Shown: one piece after another, positions 1-11,691 of the stretch
Position numbering within the stretch: the first letter of the stretch is position 1
How the letters are laid out: every line of letters begins with the position of its first letter
Assembly: GCF_963921235.1 (NCBI RefSeq)
Contig: NC_086108.1
Coordinates: 51,276,001 to 51,340,000 of the forward strand
Source: Mobula hypostoma
Lineage: Eukaryota
DNA length: 64,000 nucleotides
Direction: 5' to 3'
Translations under genes and position numbers: made by a program
Notes under the pieces: generated by a model
Told to the model about the DNA's origin: nothing
The model's input: the letters and a program-made list of their open reading frames with translations, nothing else
The model's database searches: none

Positions 1-118
1 TCTTTAAAATTTTACTTATTTTTTTTCTCTTCTATATTATGTATTGCATTGAACTGCTGCTGCTAAATTAACAAATTTCACGTCACATGCTGGTGATAAT
101 AAACCTGATTCTGATTCT
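1..118 (+). mobile_element. 3' tail of a Rex1/Babar-type LINE
   Basis: ...aacaaatttcacg...gataataaacctgattctgattct, the same tail that ends the RT-bearing copies at 7748, 13325 and 24098. Confidence 0.7.
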
Positions 119-317
119 AATGTTATAGTAATTACATTTAATCACCAATTTTTAAAGTTAAGTTTAAGAGGGTGGAAATTAAATAACTTCAGCCTCATTT
201 TTAATTAAAATTAATAATTTATTATTGTGCCTTTTATTTATTAATTTTCAATTAACCAATGCCTGGGACAAAACGTGAATATAAGCAAACTTGGAAGACA
301 AAAGCAAGAGACATATA

Positions 318-1290
318 CAGTGGTGAGAAAGTTTTTGAATTCTTTAGTATTTTCACTATGTCTGCATAAACAGGACTTAAAATGTGATCAGACCTTCATG
401 CAAGTCCTAAAATTAGATAAAGAGAACCAGTTATATAACACAAAAAACATTGTACTTATTTATTTATTAAGAAAACTGATCCAATATTACATGTATTTGT
501 TGGAAAAAGTATGTGAATCTCTAGGATTATTCGATAATTTAAAGGGGAAACTAGAGTCAGGACCAGAACAGCTTGGCATCATTGATGGAACTATGAATTC
601 TGAATTGTACCAGCAAAATCTACAGAAAAATGTCAGGGTATCCATCCATGAACTGAAACTCAAGAGAAAGTGAGTCATGAAGCAAGACTCTGCTCCTTTG
701 TCTTGTGATCTCTGCTCCTTTGTCTTGTGATCTCTGCTCCTTTGTCTTGTGATCTCTGCTCCTTTGTCTTGTCTTGTGAAGCAAGATAACAACCCTAAAC
801 ATTCAAGTCAGTCTACCAAACAATGGTTAAAGCAGAGGAAATTTCACATTTTAGAATGGCCAAGTCAAAGACCTGACCTTAATCCTATAGAAATGTTGTC
901 GAAGAACCTAAAGCAAGCAGTTCATGCCAGGAAGCCCACCAACACCCCAGAGTTGAAGCAGTTTTGTAAGAAGGAATGGCCTAAGATTCCTCCAAGCCCA
1001 TGTGCAGAACTGATCAACAGTTACCAGAAACATTTGGTTGAAGTTATTGCTGAACAAGGGGGTCACACCAGTTACTGAAAGCAAAGGTTTACATACTTCT
1101 TTCAACAAATACATGTAATATTGGAACATTTTTCTCAATAAATAAAAAGTACAATTTTTGTGTTATTTATTTAATTCGGTTCTCCTTATTTAGTTTTAGG
1201 ACTTGTGTGAACATTCGTTCACATTTTAGGTCATATTTATACAGAAATAAAGAAAATTCTAAAGGGTTCACCAACTTTCCAGCACAGCTG
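318..1290 (+). mobile_element. Internally deleted Tc1-family DNA transposon with ~200-bp TIRs
   Basis: TA|CAGTG...AGCTG|TA termini; long inverted repeats at ~318-520 and ~1085-1290; DDE C-terminal remnant QDNNPKH...WPSQRPDLNPIE. Confidence 0.88.
688..776 (+). repeat. 22-bp minisatellite (CTCTGCTCCTTTGTCTTGTGAT) x4 inside the Tc1 transposase remnant
   Basis: Units start at 688, 710, 732 and 754. Confidence 0.92.
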
Positions 1291-1472
1291 TAATTGAAAC
1301 AGGAACTATCAAAAGGACTTCTCCAAAAATAACAATAAAAACATTGAAATGAAAAGAGCAAAGGCAGCAAGTAAACATAATCTAGTCAAAAGTAGCAAAG
1401 GACATATCCTTAACAACTGAAGGCATTTTTTTTTGGAGGAGTGGGAGATGGAGGTGGAAGACAGGGAAAATA

Positions 1473-3071
1473 TAGTGGATTCTGGTTAATTGAGACATAT
1501 TGGGACCAGTACATTTTGGCCCAATTAAGCAGCTGCCCCAATTAGACAAAATTTCATGAAAATAGTTAAAAACATATAAAAAAAGGCAAATTACCACTGA
1601 ACGAAGGCAAAGCTTAGGAGGGTTAATGGCACCTAACAGCCACTCCTTTGCTTGCATCTTCGGAAACAGCTCTACTTCCATCTTTAATATCTCTATTTCT
1701 CCCTTTCAGGCTTCTTTTGAAGACCCTGACCTGGAGTTACATGCTGACTATGGTTCTTTGTGGGAATTGGACCTGCTCTCAGGGTTCCATAACTGGCCGT
1801 TGTTCAGCACACCAAAGACTCGGTCTAACAGTTCGGCTTGAATTCAGAAGCCTAGGATCTCGGGGCTCCGGAGACGGGCAGATTGAGGGTCGGTGCCACG
1901 ACAGGAGACCTGTGTGTGTCATGGGGGGAGTCGGGATATCTGCTGTGTGCCTAGAGACCTGGGATCATTGCGATCTTCAGGCACAGAGCTAAAAAAAAGC
2001 GACATAACAGAATTTTAACATCACAAACCAGCGAGTTGTTTGTTATGTCTTCCTGCTAGCTAGGAAAATGGGAAAGATAGAACCTGCAGTTATGTCTAAT
2101 ACCGGGTGAAACACTAAGTCTTTGGGGTAACTGCAAGTCTGTGTCTTTACTATTGCTTTGCTCATGCTTGAGTGCTCGATGGTGGTGCCAATGCTTTTTT
2201 TTGTGGGTGGGGGGAGGGGGGATTTCTGCTCACTGCTGTTTACGCACCAGGGGGGGAACTGGGGGGGAGACTTTGGGGTTCTAACATTTAACCTTCGTGC
2301 ATTCTTTGGGGCACTCCTCTGTTTTGGTGGATGGTTGTGAAGAAAAAGCATTTCAGGCTGTATATTGTATACATTTCTCTGACATTAAATGGTACCTTTG
2401 AAATTACACATTTAAATGAATAAACAAATTAAAACACTAACAATATTATTACAGTACTATAAAACTGTAGTTCCTAATAGTTATTGATGAAGGAATTATT
2501 CCCATGTTCTTTTGATTGACTAAATGAACAAAATCAGCGCAGACACTGAGTGCAGATACTGGACTGCCTTCATACTATGCTTTTGACAAATGCGTCCTCC
2601 AATCCTTCATTTTCACTGCAACTTCCAATGTTTGCTGATGGCTTCAAATTCTTCATACTTCTTAATTTGCAGTAGTGAAATTATTTCACTTTCACTCCCA
2701 GCCATTTCTAGCATTTCCAAGTCTAAATGCTTACCATAGTAAGCAAAACAGCTCCAAATTGTCTTACTGCTTACTTCTTGCCAACTATCAGTGACAAAAA
2801 TCACTGCTTTTTGAACACAAACACACATAACTAATGCAATTTAAAAACTGTTCACTCTAAAGCACAGTAGGGTTCAACGGTCATACAACTGCATGCAACT
2901 GACACTAGTTAGAAACTTTGTCAAGTCTCCTATCCCAATTAAGTGACTTGGTGTCCCAAATAAATGAAGGGAACCCCAGCTATTTTCTCATTTAGTTTTT
3001 GTTCTTTAAGAGTTGTCCCAAATAACAGGCTGCCTCAATTAACTGATGGCCCAATAAATCAGAATTCACTG
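1473..3071 (-). mobile_element. Deleted pogo/Tigger-type DNA transposon carrying a nested insertion
   Basis: TIRs TAGTGGATTCTGGTTAATTG...CAATAAATCAGAATTCACTG; minus-strand remnant QKAVIFVTDSWQEVSSKTIWSCF resembles the Tigger/pogo DDE C-terminus. Confidence 0.72.
1605..2402 (+). mobile_element. Unclassified non-autonomous retroposon nested in the Tigger-like element
   Basis: Compositionally distinct block with a LINE-like 3' end (tgtatacatttctctgacattaaatggtacctttgaa); loosely similar tails near 8480-8527 and 51660-51722. Confidence 0.45.
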
Positions 3072-4444
3072 CAATTTATTGGGAGGCCAAGAAAGAGGAC
3101 GATGTGGTCAAAATGCCACATTCAGCTCTTTCCACTAATCCATCCTCTTCCCAACTAACAAGGCACTTAAATTTTGTAAACTATTCCTTTGCTTTGCAGC
3201 TCAGATTATGCTCTACATTAATGCTTCTTTGCACATGAGAAATACACTACTAACAAAAAAAATGCAGATGTTTTAACTGCTGGAATAATATCAGCAAATT
3301 CTAATTTACACATATAAAGACTAATCATTACCCTTGAGCAGGAAGATGCCTATATGGATCCTACACTAAAATATTATGTTAAGGTACCCGAAATAATTGT
3401 TTCTCATTGATCATTCATTTAAAGTTTATGAAAGTGACATATTTAGAGAAACAAAATAAGGATCAGGTTGAAAACTGTCTCCAAATTTTGGACTACCTTT
3501 TGCACAAATAGAAACCTCATCATTTCACATTACAGTACCACTACTTGATTAAAATTGTGATGTGATCTCCTTGAATGACTGAATACTCTGTAATATTCAT
3601 CCAAATGTCCCTTCATACTCAAATTGTACACTACATCTACAGTACAGCAACTTACTGTAAAATGAACAGTTTGAGCAACCCCATGAATTACTACCCAGCA
3701 CAAAATATGGTATACACAAGCATTCAATTCTGTGAATTAGAAAAAATAAATATCTTCCAAACCCAAGAGATTAAACTATATAGTTACTTTCCATCTGAAA
3801 AACCTAGTCCTCCAGTCAGGTCCAGCTCTGCTTCTCGGCATTTTTAAAATTCTTACTTGTTCCCGTAACAATTTTTCATTCAGGATTAGATCAAGGGTTA
3901 AGTATGCTAAAGAGGAAATACACTGAAGCCAGGTAATGACAAGTTAACACTGGGTTATCCTTGATAAAAAAGATGAACTTTTACAGAACAAGTATGGAGA
4001 ATATGGATGTGGGGGTGTACACTAACACTACAGCAATGGAAGAAAGGCTCTTTAAAAAATGGTACCTTTCACAATGTGGCTCAGTCCGCCACTGAAAGAT
4101 TAAATTAGATTATGTACTCAAATTAGACCTGGAAGCACAATTTCCAATGCTAACACCTGAAAATAACCTTTGCTTCTCAATTCCTACATTAATAATGTAA
4201 TTACCCTCCACTGCAGCAATGCAGTAGTACAGGTTCATATGCTTGGGTCCAATACAATTGGTGTCCTCTCTGTCTGCTATTAGAAAGCTGTCACATTAAG
4301 TTACCATATTTGGATATATATTTCAGAATACTGTATATGAAATGTTTTGCATTATATTTAATGCTCATATTAATCGTGATATAGGAAAATTAAAAAAGGA
4401 AAGCTAATGAATATAGATTGATAATTATGTTAAATTTATTTACT

Positions 4445-4693
4445 TTTTATTTAGAGATACAGCACAGTAACAAATAGACCCTTCCAGCCCAAGGAGCCAA
4501 CGTCACCCAAATACACTCAAGTAACCAATTAACCTACTAATCCGTATGTCTTTGAAATGTGGGAGGTAACCATAGCACCCAGAGGAAAAACATGCAGTCA
4601 CAGGAAGAACATACGAACTCCTGGTGGAAACTGAACCCAGGGCAGTGGCGCTATAAAGTGTTACGCTAACCACTGTGCTACCACGCCATGCCA
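4445..4693 (-). mobile_element. tRNA-derived V-SINE (HE1-like)
   Basis: Minus strand GGCATGGCGTGGTAGCACAGTGGTTAG head and V-domain-like ...CTCCCACATTTCAAAGAC...GGTTAATTGG; more degraded relatives at ~15560-15860(+), ~31880-32050(+), ~43175-43475(-). Confidence 0.75.
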
Positions 4694-4844
4694 AACCATT
4701 TCTTCGTTAAAAAGCTCCAGTATAGAAAGAGATATTAAAGCAGAAAAAGTTAAGGCAAAATTGCTCATTTTTCCTAACCTGAATTCCTGTAAAAGCAGCT
4801 TTTCTCAGAACAAGCGTAAACCACAATGAAATTAACACTTCTAA

Positions 4845-7748
4845 GGACTTCATCACAGACTTTAAATAAAGACTTGTGTGAATGGGTATGTGCCTTTAAG
4901 AACACATCAGACATACCCAAACCAGAAGTCGCATATGAACCAGGAGATTTGCAGTCTGCTGAGAGCTAGATCAGTGGAATTCAACAGTGGTGATCCAGAA
5001 CTCTACAGGAAGTCCAACTACGGCCTGCAAAAAGCTACTATAAGAGTGAAAAAGCAATTCCGAGTGAAGTTATAGATGCAATCAGATGGACGTCAGCTGT
5101 GGTACAGTTTGCATGCCACTTCTATCTACAAGTTGAAATCTACCATCATAAATGGTTTTGATGCTCATGCACATCTTGAAAAGGAGAATAATACTACAGC
5201 TACGTAAGTCGCTATGGCATCTGCCGGACTCTGTGATATCGATCTTGGCAGCCGATGTTAGAATCTCCTTGAAAAGCTGAACCCTCACAAAGTACCAGGC
5301 CCCGATAGTGTACCTGGTAGAGCACTCAAAACCTGTGAGAATCGATTGGCTGGAATGTTCAAGAACATCTTCAACCTCTCACTGCTGAGCTGGAAGTTCT
5401 CATCTGCTTCAAAAGGGAACCAATCATACCACTACCGGAAAAAAGCAGGGTGAGCTGCCTCAACAACTATCACCGGGTAGCATTCACTACTAGACCCACT
5501 GCAACTTACCTACCACCACAATAGGTCTACCGCAGTTAGAATCTCACTGACTCTCCAAATTACCTTGGACCACCTATACCATAGCAATATCTATGTTAGG
5601 CTGCTGTTTATTAATTACAGCTCTCCTTTACTTGTACAATTAGCCAAAATTTCTATTCTAAATATAAATCCTATGATTAAGCAGTCATTACGAATCTGGT
5701 ATCAGTTTCGTAAGTTTTTTAATCTTAAAAAATTTAACCTTTTTAGTTTAATTTATCGAAACTATTTATTTAAACCTTCACTTAGTCATCCTATCTTTTC
5801 TCTTTGGAGGAATAAAGGAACTTTTTCCTTTATGGATTTGTTTCATAGAAGGTCGATTGATGTCCTTTGAGAAATTAGTAACTAAATATTCTCTCCCATA
5901 TTCACATTTTTTGCAATGTCTTCAGGTCAGACATTTCTTACAAGAATATTTAAGTAATTTTCCATATATACAAGATTATGACCTGTTAGACATTATTTTA
6001 AAAATGAACCCTTTAGTGAAGGGTTTCATTGGGAAAATTTATGATTTACTATTACAACAGGATAACTATCCTTTACTTAAGATTAAGTAAGATTGGGAAA
6101 GAGAGCTTAACATGAGCTTGATAACAGAGGATTGGTTGCGAATTTTGAAGTTGGTCAACTCTTCTTCGATTTGTGCCAGTCATTCTCTAATTCAATTTAA
6201 AATTGTACATCATTATTATTTGACAAAGGAGAGATTGTCTAAAATATTTCCTAATGTAAATAGTCAGTGTGATAGATGTAAAACTGAGATAGCTAAATTG
6301 ACACATATGTTTTGGTCATGTACTGTATTGAAACAGTTTTGGAAATCTATTTTTTCTACCATTTCTAAAGCTTTAAAAATCAATTTACAACCTAATAACT
6401 TGACAGTTTTGTTTGGTATAATTCCTCAATACATTCACGGCATTTCTATATCAGACCAACACGTAATTGCATTTGTCACATTATTGGCTAGAAGCGTTAT
6501 TTTACTAAAATGGAAAGACGCCTCTGCTCCCACTTTGATACAATGGTTCTCTCAGGTGATGTTATGTCTTTCTTTCCAAAAAAAGTTTTAACATTTTGTT
6601 TTTTTTTATTATTATTGATATACTGTTCAGTTTGGTTGACAGTTTAACTCTTATTCTACATATGGATATGTTGTCTTGATTATCTTGATGTATTTTTCTT
6701 TGTTGTTGATTTTCAATAATAATTAATAAAAAGATTTAAAATGAAAAATGATTAATTACGGCTCAGCATTCAACACCATCATCTCCACAGTACTAATCAA
6801 TAAGCTTCAAAACATGGGCTATTTACCTCATTTTGCAACGAGATCCTTGACTTCCTCATTGGGAGACCAGTCAGTGCAGATCAGAAATAAGATCTCCTTG
6901 CTGACCGTCAACACAGATGAATCTCGAGGATGTGTGCTTAGCCCACTACTCTACTTTCTACACCTATGGCTAGGCACAGTTCAAACACCATTTATAAGTC
7001 CATCAATGATACCACTGTTGCTGGCAGAATCTTAAGATTGTGGCAAAGGGGCATAACGGCAGTGAGAATGATCAGCTTGTTGAGTGGTGTTGCAACAACT
7101 CAATGTCAGTAAGACCAAGGAATCGCCTGTGGACCAGGAAGGGGAAATAAGGTCAGCAGTAGAAAGGGTGAGCAGTGTCAAGTTCGTAGGTATCAATATC
7201 TTAGAATATCTATCCTGGGCCCAACAGTCAATGCAATCACAAAGGTGGCATGCAGCGGCTGTACTTCATTAGGAGTTTGAGGAGATTCGGTATATCACCA
7301 AAGACTCTAGCAAATTTCTATCAATGTACTGTGGAGTGTATTCTGACTGGTTGAATTAATGCCTAGTTTGGAGATCTGATGCACAGATCGTAAAGGCTGC
7401 AGAGAGTTGTAGACACAGCCAGTTCCATCACAGGCAGAAACCTCTGCACCATCGAGAACATCGTTAAAAGACGATGCCTCAAGAAGACAGCGTCCTTTAT
7501 TAAGAACTGTCACCACCATCCAGGACATGCCCTCTTCTCATTACTACTATCAAGGAGGTGGTACAGAAGCCTGAAAACCTTCACTGAATGATTTCGCTTC
7601 TTCCCCTCTGCCATTTGATTTCCTTTATACACTATTTGTTCCCTTTATACAGTATTTCTATATTTTTCTGAAAGTAATATTTATATCTTGCTCTTTACTG
7701 CTGCTGCCAAACAAATGTCAATGATAATAAGCCTGATTCAGATTCTGA
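4845..7748 (+). mobile_element. Degenerate Rex1/Babar-type LINE interrupted by an L1-like insertion
   Basis: RT motifs (VRLLFINYS/SAFNTII, GCVLSPLLY, LNVSKTKE) and (GATTCT)n tail. Confidence 0.8.
5624..6750 (+). mobile_element. 5'-truncated L1/Tx1-clade LINE
   Basis: ORF2 C-terminal zinc knuckle QFKIVH...CDRCKTEIAKLTHMFWSC; A-rich tail; 14-bp TSD ATTAATTAC(A/G)GCTC at 5610-5623 and 6751-6764. Confidence 0.85.
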
Positions 7749-7869
7749 AGAATGAAAATCTATGCTAATTAAAATTATCCTTTGAGTATGCTCAAATCTT
7801 AATAGAAAATCCACGCATATCACATGATCATAATAAGTCAAAAAGCATGGTTTGACTGCACTGGCATCG

Positions 7870-8180
7870 CACACAAAAAATGCTGGAGGAATTTAGCAAG
7901 TCAGGAAGCATTCATGGGGGATGAGGAGAAACAGTGAACTTTTCAATACCCTTCATCAGGGCTGGAAAAGGAAGCAAAACCCAGAGTAAGATAGGGGAAG
8001 GGGGCAGAGTACAAATTGGCAGGTGATAGGTGAGATCAGGTGAGGGGCAAGGAAGAAATGTGAGTGGGGATAATGTGAGAAGCTGGGAGGTAATAGGTGG
8101 AAGATGTTAAAGATCTAAAGGAGGAAGAATCTAATAGGAGAGGACAGTGGACCATGTAACAAATGGAAGGTCGTGAGAAA
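7870..8180 (-). mobile_element. Old Penelope-like element terminal fragment
   Basis: cacacaaaaaatgctggaggaa... plus purine-rich tract, similar to the copies at 40055 and 45308; hammerhead core decayed. Confidence 0.6.
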
Positions 8181-9599
8181 CCCAGACAGTCTGGGGACTT
8201 CTCTCTCTGCGACACTAAGGATGTGAGACTGCCTCTGGCTGCTGAGCTTCGTATCTGTGAACTTTGCAGCGATTTGCCACGCTAATATGATGAACTGATT
8301 ACCGAGGCTTTGGGCCTACTCGGAGGACTTTGATCAATGGACTCAATTTAGTTCAGAATCCTGCTCTTTGCTTCTGTTCTTTAAATGATTTGTTTTGTGT
8401 TTTTTCTCTCTCTGTGGCCACTGGGAGGTTGGTCTTTTTTTTTAAATTGGTTTCTTTTGGGTTCCTTGCTTTGCAACAGCCTGTAAGCAAACAAATCTCG
8501 GTTGTATAATACATAATGCACTTTGAAACCAGACAGAGGTGATGGGCATATCACGAGTGCAAGGAAGGAGAATTGTGTCTGATTTGCATATATCCCTTTG
8601 AGCTGCTACACCACTTAAGATCACTGCTGATCTCACTGCATCATCTCCACATTTTCATCTGCCTACAGTACATTTTCACGTCCTGAGTCTTTTCAAGCAA
8701 TACTAGTGTTCTAATTTAAGCACAAGTCAAGATTTAACCTGCCTTGGGAAAAAAAGATAAAATTAGAATTACAAATAATTTTACACTAATTGGCCTTCCA
8801 GTTGGTGGAAGCACAGGTGCACTTGAATGTCAATCTCTATTATATATGGAAAAAGCCCATTACCCCAAATAACTGATGACATTCAATGAAGGACAAAAGG
8901 CAACAAAGTGAAAAGTGTTGACTAAATGTAGGGAAAATAGTGGTTCAACAATGGAAAACGAGTGAGATTGTACTACATCTCATCTCCCTAAATGTTCAGC
9001 CTGTTCAAAATGTATATCTCATGAGAATGGCTCCAGGTAGGAATCAAAATGGGAGATAAGAATAAATGGTCAAAATAAATCACCCCGTTAGATGAAGAAA
9101 TCCTGTTTCAATAAAGTCAAAGAAAGTGATATCTAGCCTGCTGAGCAACATTAAGACCACAAGGATTACGTAAACAGGAACCCTAGAAGAAATCAAAGCC
9201 AATGATGTTCAAGCAGAATAAGTGGAAAATCTCGTTTCCCATGGGTGCAGTAGAGCTAAATGAAGGATGGGGTGAAAGAATCAAAAGGATACTGATGTTA
9301 GCAAAAACAATGCTAGTTTTAATTCAGGCAAAACAATGCGTACTCTGGAAACCTGAAATAGAAACAGATGATGTTGCAAATATGTACAGGATAGGGCCCA
9401 GCAGAAGCAGAAATAATATTTCAGGTCAAGTCTACCGAAATGTCATCAAGAGAAATATGGTCTGGCATTTTCTATTCGTTTGTGCTATTTGTCAGCACCA
9501 GGTGTACCTTGATAAAAACTAAACGGTGCCGTGACCCAAATAAAAAGTGTAGTAACGGCAGCCTTAGACTGTAAAGCAGAGTCTTGCCGACAGTCAAGT

Positions 9600-9646
9600 C
9601 AGGCCAGGCCAGGCCAGGCCCGGCCCGGCCCGGCCCAGCCCAGCCC
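9600..9646. repeat. GC-rich pentamer array (CAGGC/CCGGC/CAGCC)n at the start of KIFAP3 intron 1
   Basis: caggccaggccaggccaggcccggcccggcccggcccagcccagccc. Confidence 0.9.
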
Positions 9647-9731
9647 GTTGACAAGACAACGGACACCGTCGCAGTTCACTACCGGCGGCAGCCAGCCCGC
9701 AGACTGCTGCCATACTCGCCGCAGCACCAAC

Positions 9732-9763
9732 CTCTTGAGATAACGAGCATCCTTCGTCTGCAT
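9732..9763 (-). CDS. KIFAP3: KIFAP3 (kinesin-associated protein 3) first coding exon; gene continues left of the window
   Basis: Minus strand reads ATG CAG ACG AAG GAT GCT CGT TAT CTC AAG AG|GTTGGT = MQTKDARYLK(R), matching the vertebrate KIFAP3 N-terminus MQGEDARYLKR. It is a 32-nt phase-2 exon in a CpG-rich island, head-to-head with NTMT2 as in human 1q24. Too short for the ORF track. I did not find exon 2 (KVKGGNIDVHP...) in 1-9731. Confidence 0.88.
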
Positions 9764-10695
9764 TTTTCTGGCCACTACCGCTCAGCTCTAATTAGAAGCC
9801 GTTTCTTTGTTTGCTGATTTTCCCCCACACCGCGACCACCTTCACATCTCCACACGGCGCCTCTAACAAGTGCAAACGTCCCACAACTCCGAGCGGTGGG
9901 CAGGGCCGAGCTCGAACGACAGAACAACCGGAGGTGTCACTCCGTCGCTAGCGCCGCCAGCAGGCAAGGAGGGACCGTCCGGGCCAAAATTACATTACGA
10001 GTCGGCAGAGGTTAACGAATGCGGTTGAATGTACGTAGATAGCATCACCAGCAAAATGCCGTGAATGTTTCCAAATATGTAATAAGATGAAAATGGATGT
10101 CCAGCCACTATGGGAAATATTAAGTACAATAAGTAAAACACAAACGAGTCCAGGCTATTGTACCCTCCAGATTCCGCTATTGCAATGTTGTCTTACTCTG
10201 CCTTCGTTTGTTTATACAAATTACCCGGGCTCCAGGCACCCAAAACCAAAATAAAATAGATTCCATTTCAATCACAAACGAATTAGTGCTATTACGACAG
10301 AGTTTTAATGTAACTCATAGGCAGCATAACCGGATTTCTAGGTAGTAATCAACCTCAGATGCTGGGTGGCATGGAAGATCTGATAATAAATATCATTGGG
10401 GAGTGTTACAAACCCTGCTGACCATGTGCAAACAATACAGAGCCCTGTTAAAGTATTCAGCCCCCAACCCCTTCTTCACATAAACGAGTATTACAACCAG
10501 GGATTTTGATCAAATTAACTGAGAATTTTTATTTGTGAATCACATGTCCTGTTTTCACAACAGTGGCCCCCAAAATAAGGAAAAATTGTAAAACATGAAA
10601 AACTAATCAAAAACTGAAATGTCAGCAGTTCAAAAGTATTCTTCCCTCTTTGCTCAGTAATTAGTTGAACCACCCGTCATAGCCATTACAGCCAG

Positions 10696-10909
10696 CAACA
10701 ACAGGAATTCTGTAGATGCTGGAAATTCAAGCAACACACATAAAAATTGCTGGTGAACGCAGCAGGCCAGGCAGCATCTCTAGGAAAAGGTGCAGTCGAC
10801 GTTTCAGGCCGAGACCCTTCGTCAGGACTAACTGAAGGAAGAGTGAGTAAGGGTCTCGGCCTGAAATGTCGACTGCACCTCTTCCTAGAGATGCTGCCTG
10901 GCCTGCTGA
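10696..10909. mobile_element. Young Penelope-like terminal fragment with inverted duplication
   Basis: 11-bp TSD ATTACAGCCAG (10685-10695, 10910-10920); inverted arms 10760-10819 and 10849-10908. Confidence 0.85.
10794..10829 (-). ncRNA. Minimal type I hammerhead ribozyme motif (Penelope-associated)
   Basis: Minus strand AGTC-CTGACGA-AGGGTCTCGGCCT-GAAA-CGTC-GACT. Confidence 0.75.
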
Positions 10910-11026
10910 ATTACAGCCAGTAGTCTTTTTGGATAAGTCTCTATTAGCTTTGCTCAACATGGTGGAGCAAGATTTGCCCATTCCTCATTGCAAAATTGCT
11001 CACGCTGTGCCAGGTTAGTTGGGAGC

Positions 11027-11691
11027 CAGACATCCCACCCCGCAAAAACTCATTTCAGGGAGGTAGCACCCCCGTCCCCCGCAACCCCATATTCCCCTCA
11101 CCACCCCCCAGTCGACCTCCAAGGGTGTATGTAATACTTTGTTTAGTGATTTTGTCCAATCTTTAAACCAAGTTGGGTATATGCAGAAAATGTGACATTA
11201 AAATATGTACTTATATTATATTATCATGTTTATTCTATTACATCTTTAGGCAAGTCTACAGGGAGTTTGGCCTCATCACGTAGGACATCAATAGAGTAGC
11301 TCCTTAGCAGCTAGCCAGCTAGTTTAAATAATGTTAGCTACGCGAATGAACGAATGACACCTGTTAAACTCATCTCAACATGTGAGTTACATTTTAACCC
11401 ACCATGGGTAATAGAAAAGTCACTGTTGCAAACAGTGCAGCGAGCAACTTTGTCATTATTTTTGAGGTCAATTGTAAAACCTGCCCACAGAGAAAACTGA
11501 TTGGTCTCTTTACGTGCTAAGCAGACCTATCAGGATGCTCACTCTCACTCTCTCTCTCCCTCTCCCTCTCCCTCTCCCTCTCCCTCAAAAAAATCGATTT
11601 CCGGGATATTTGTATATAATTTCCAGGCATCAGGGAGCCACTATCAATATGTGGGAAACTCCCGGAACTTCCCAGAGAGGTGGGATGTCTG
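11027..11691. mobile_element. MITE with 12-bp TIR CAGACATCCCAC and 6-bp TSD (copy 1)
   Basis: TSD GGGAGC at 11021-11026 and 11692-11697; collinear with 26570-27915. Confidence 0.9.

Larger units (their letters stand above)
9520..10030. promoter_or_regulatory. CpG-rich island / KIFAP3 promoter and first exon region
   Basis: Abrupt GC- and CpG-rich segment in AT-rich, CpG-poor surroundings, spanning the KIFAP3 start codon. Confidence 0.75.

Noticed and set aside
3332..4276. Three minus-strand AG...GT segments (72, 50 and 29 nt) that chain into an open frame (DREDTNCIGPKHMNLYY...LLREQDPYRHLPAQG)
   Set aside because: No resemblance to KIFAP3 or any protein I recognise; the chain starts in phase 1 whereas KIFAP3 exon 1 ends in phase 2; likely chance pseudo-exons in intron 1
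9472..9817. ORFs over the CpG island (QARPGQARPG, AGPGRAGPG) and a minus-strand MAAVCGLAAA start
   Set aside because: Products of the GC-rich pentamer repeat; the recognisable coding signal is the 32-nt KIFAP3 exon
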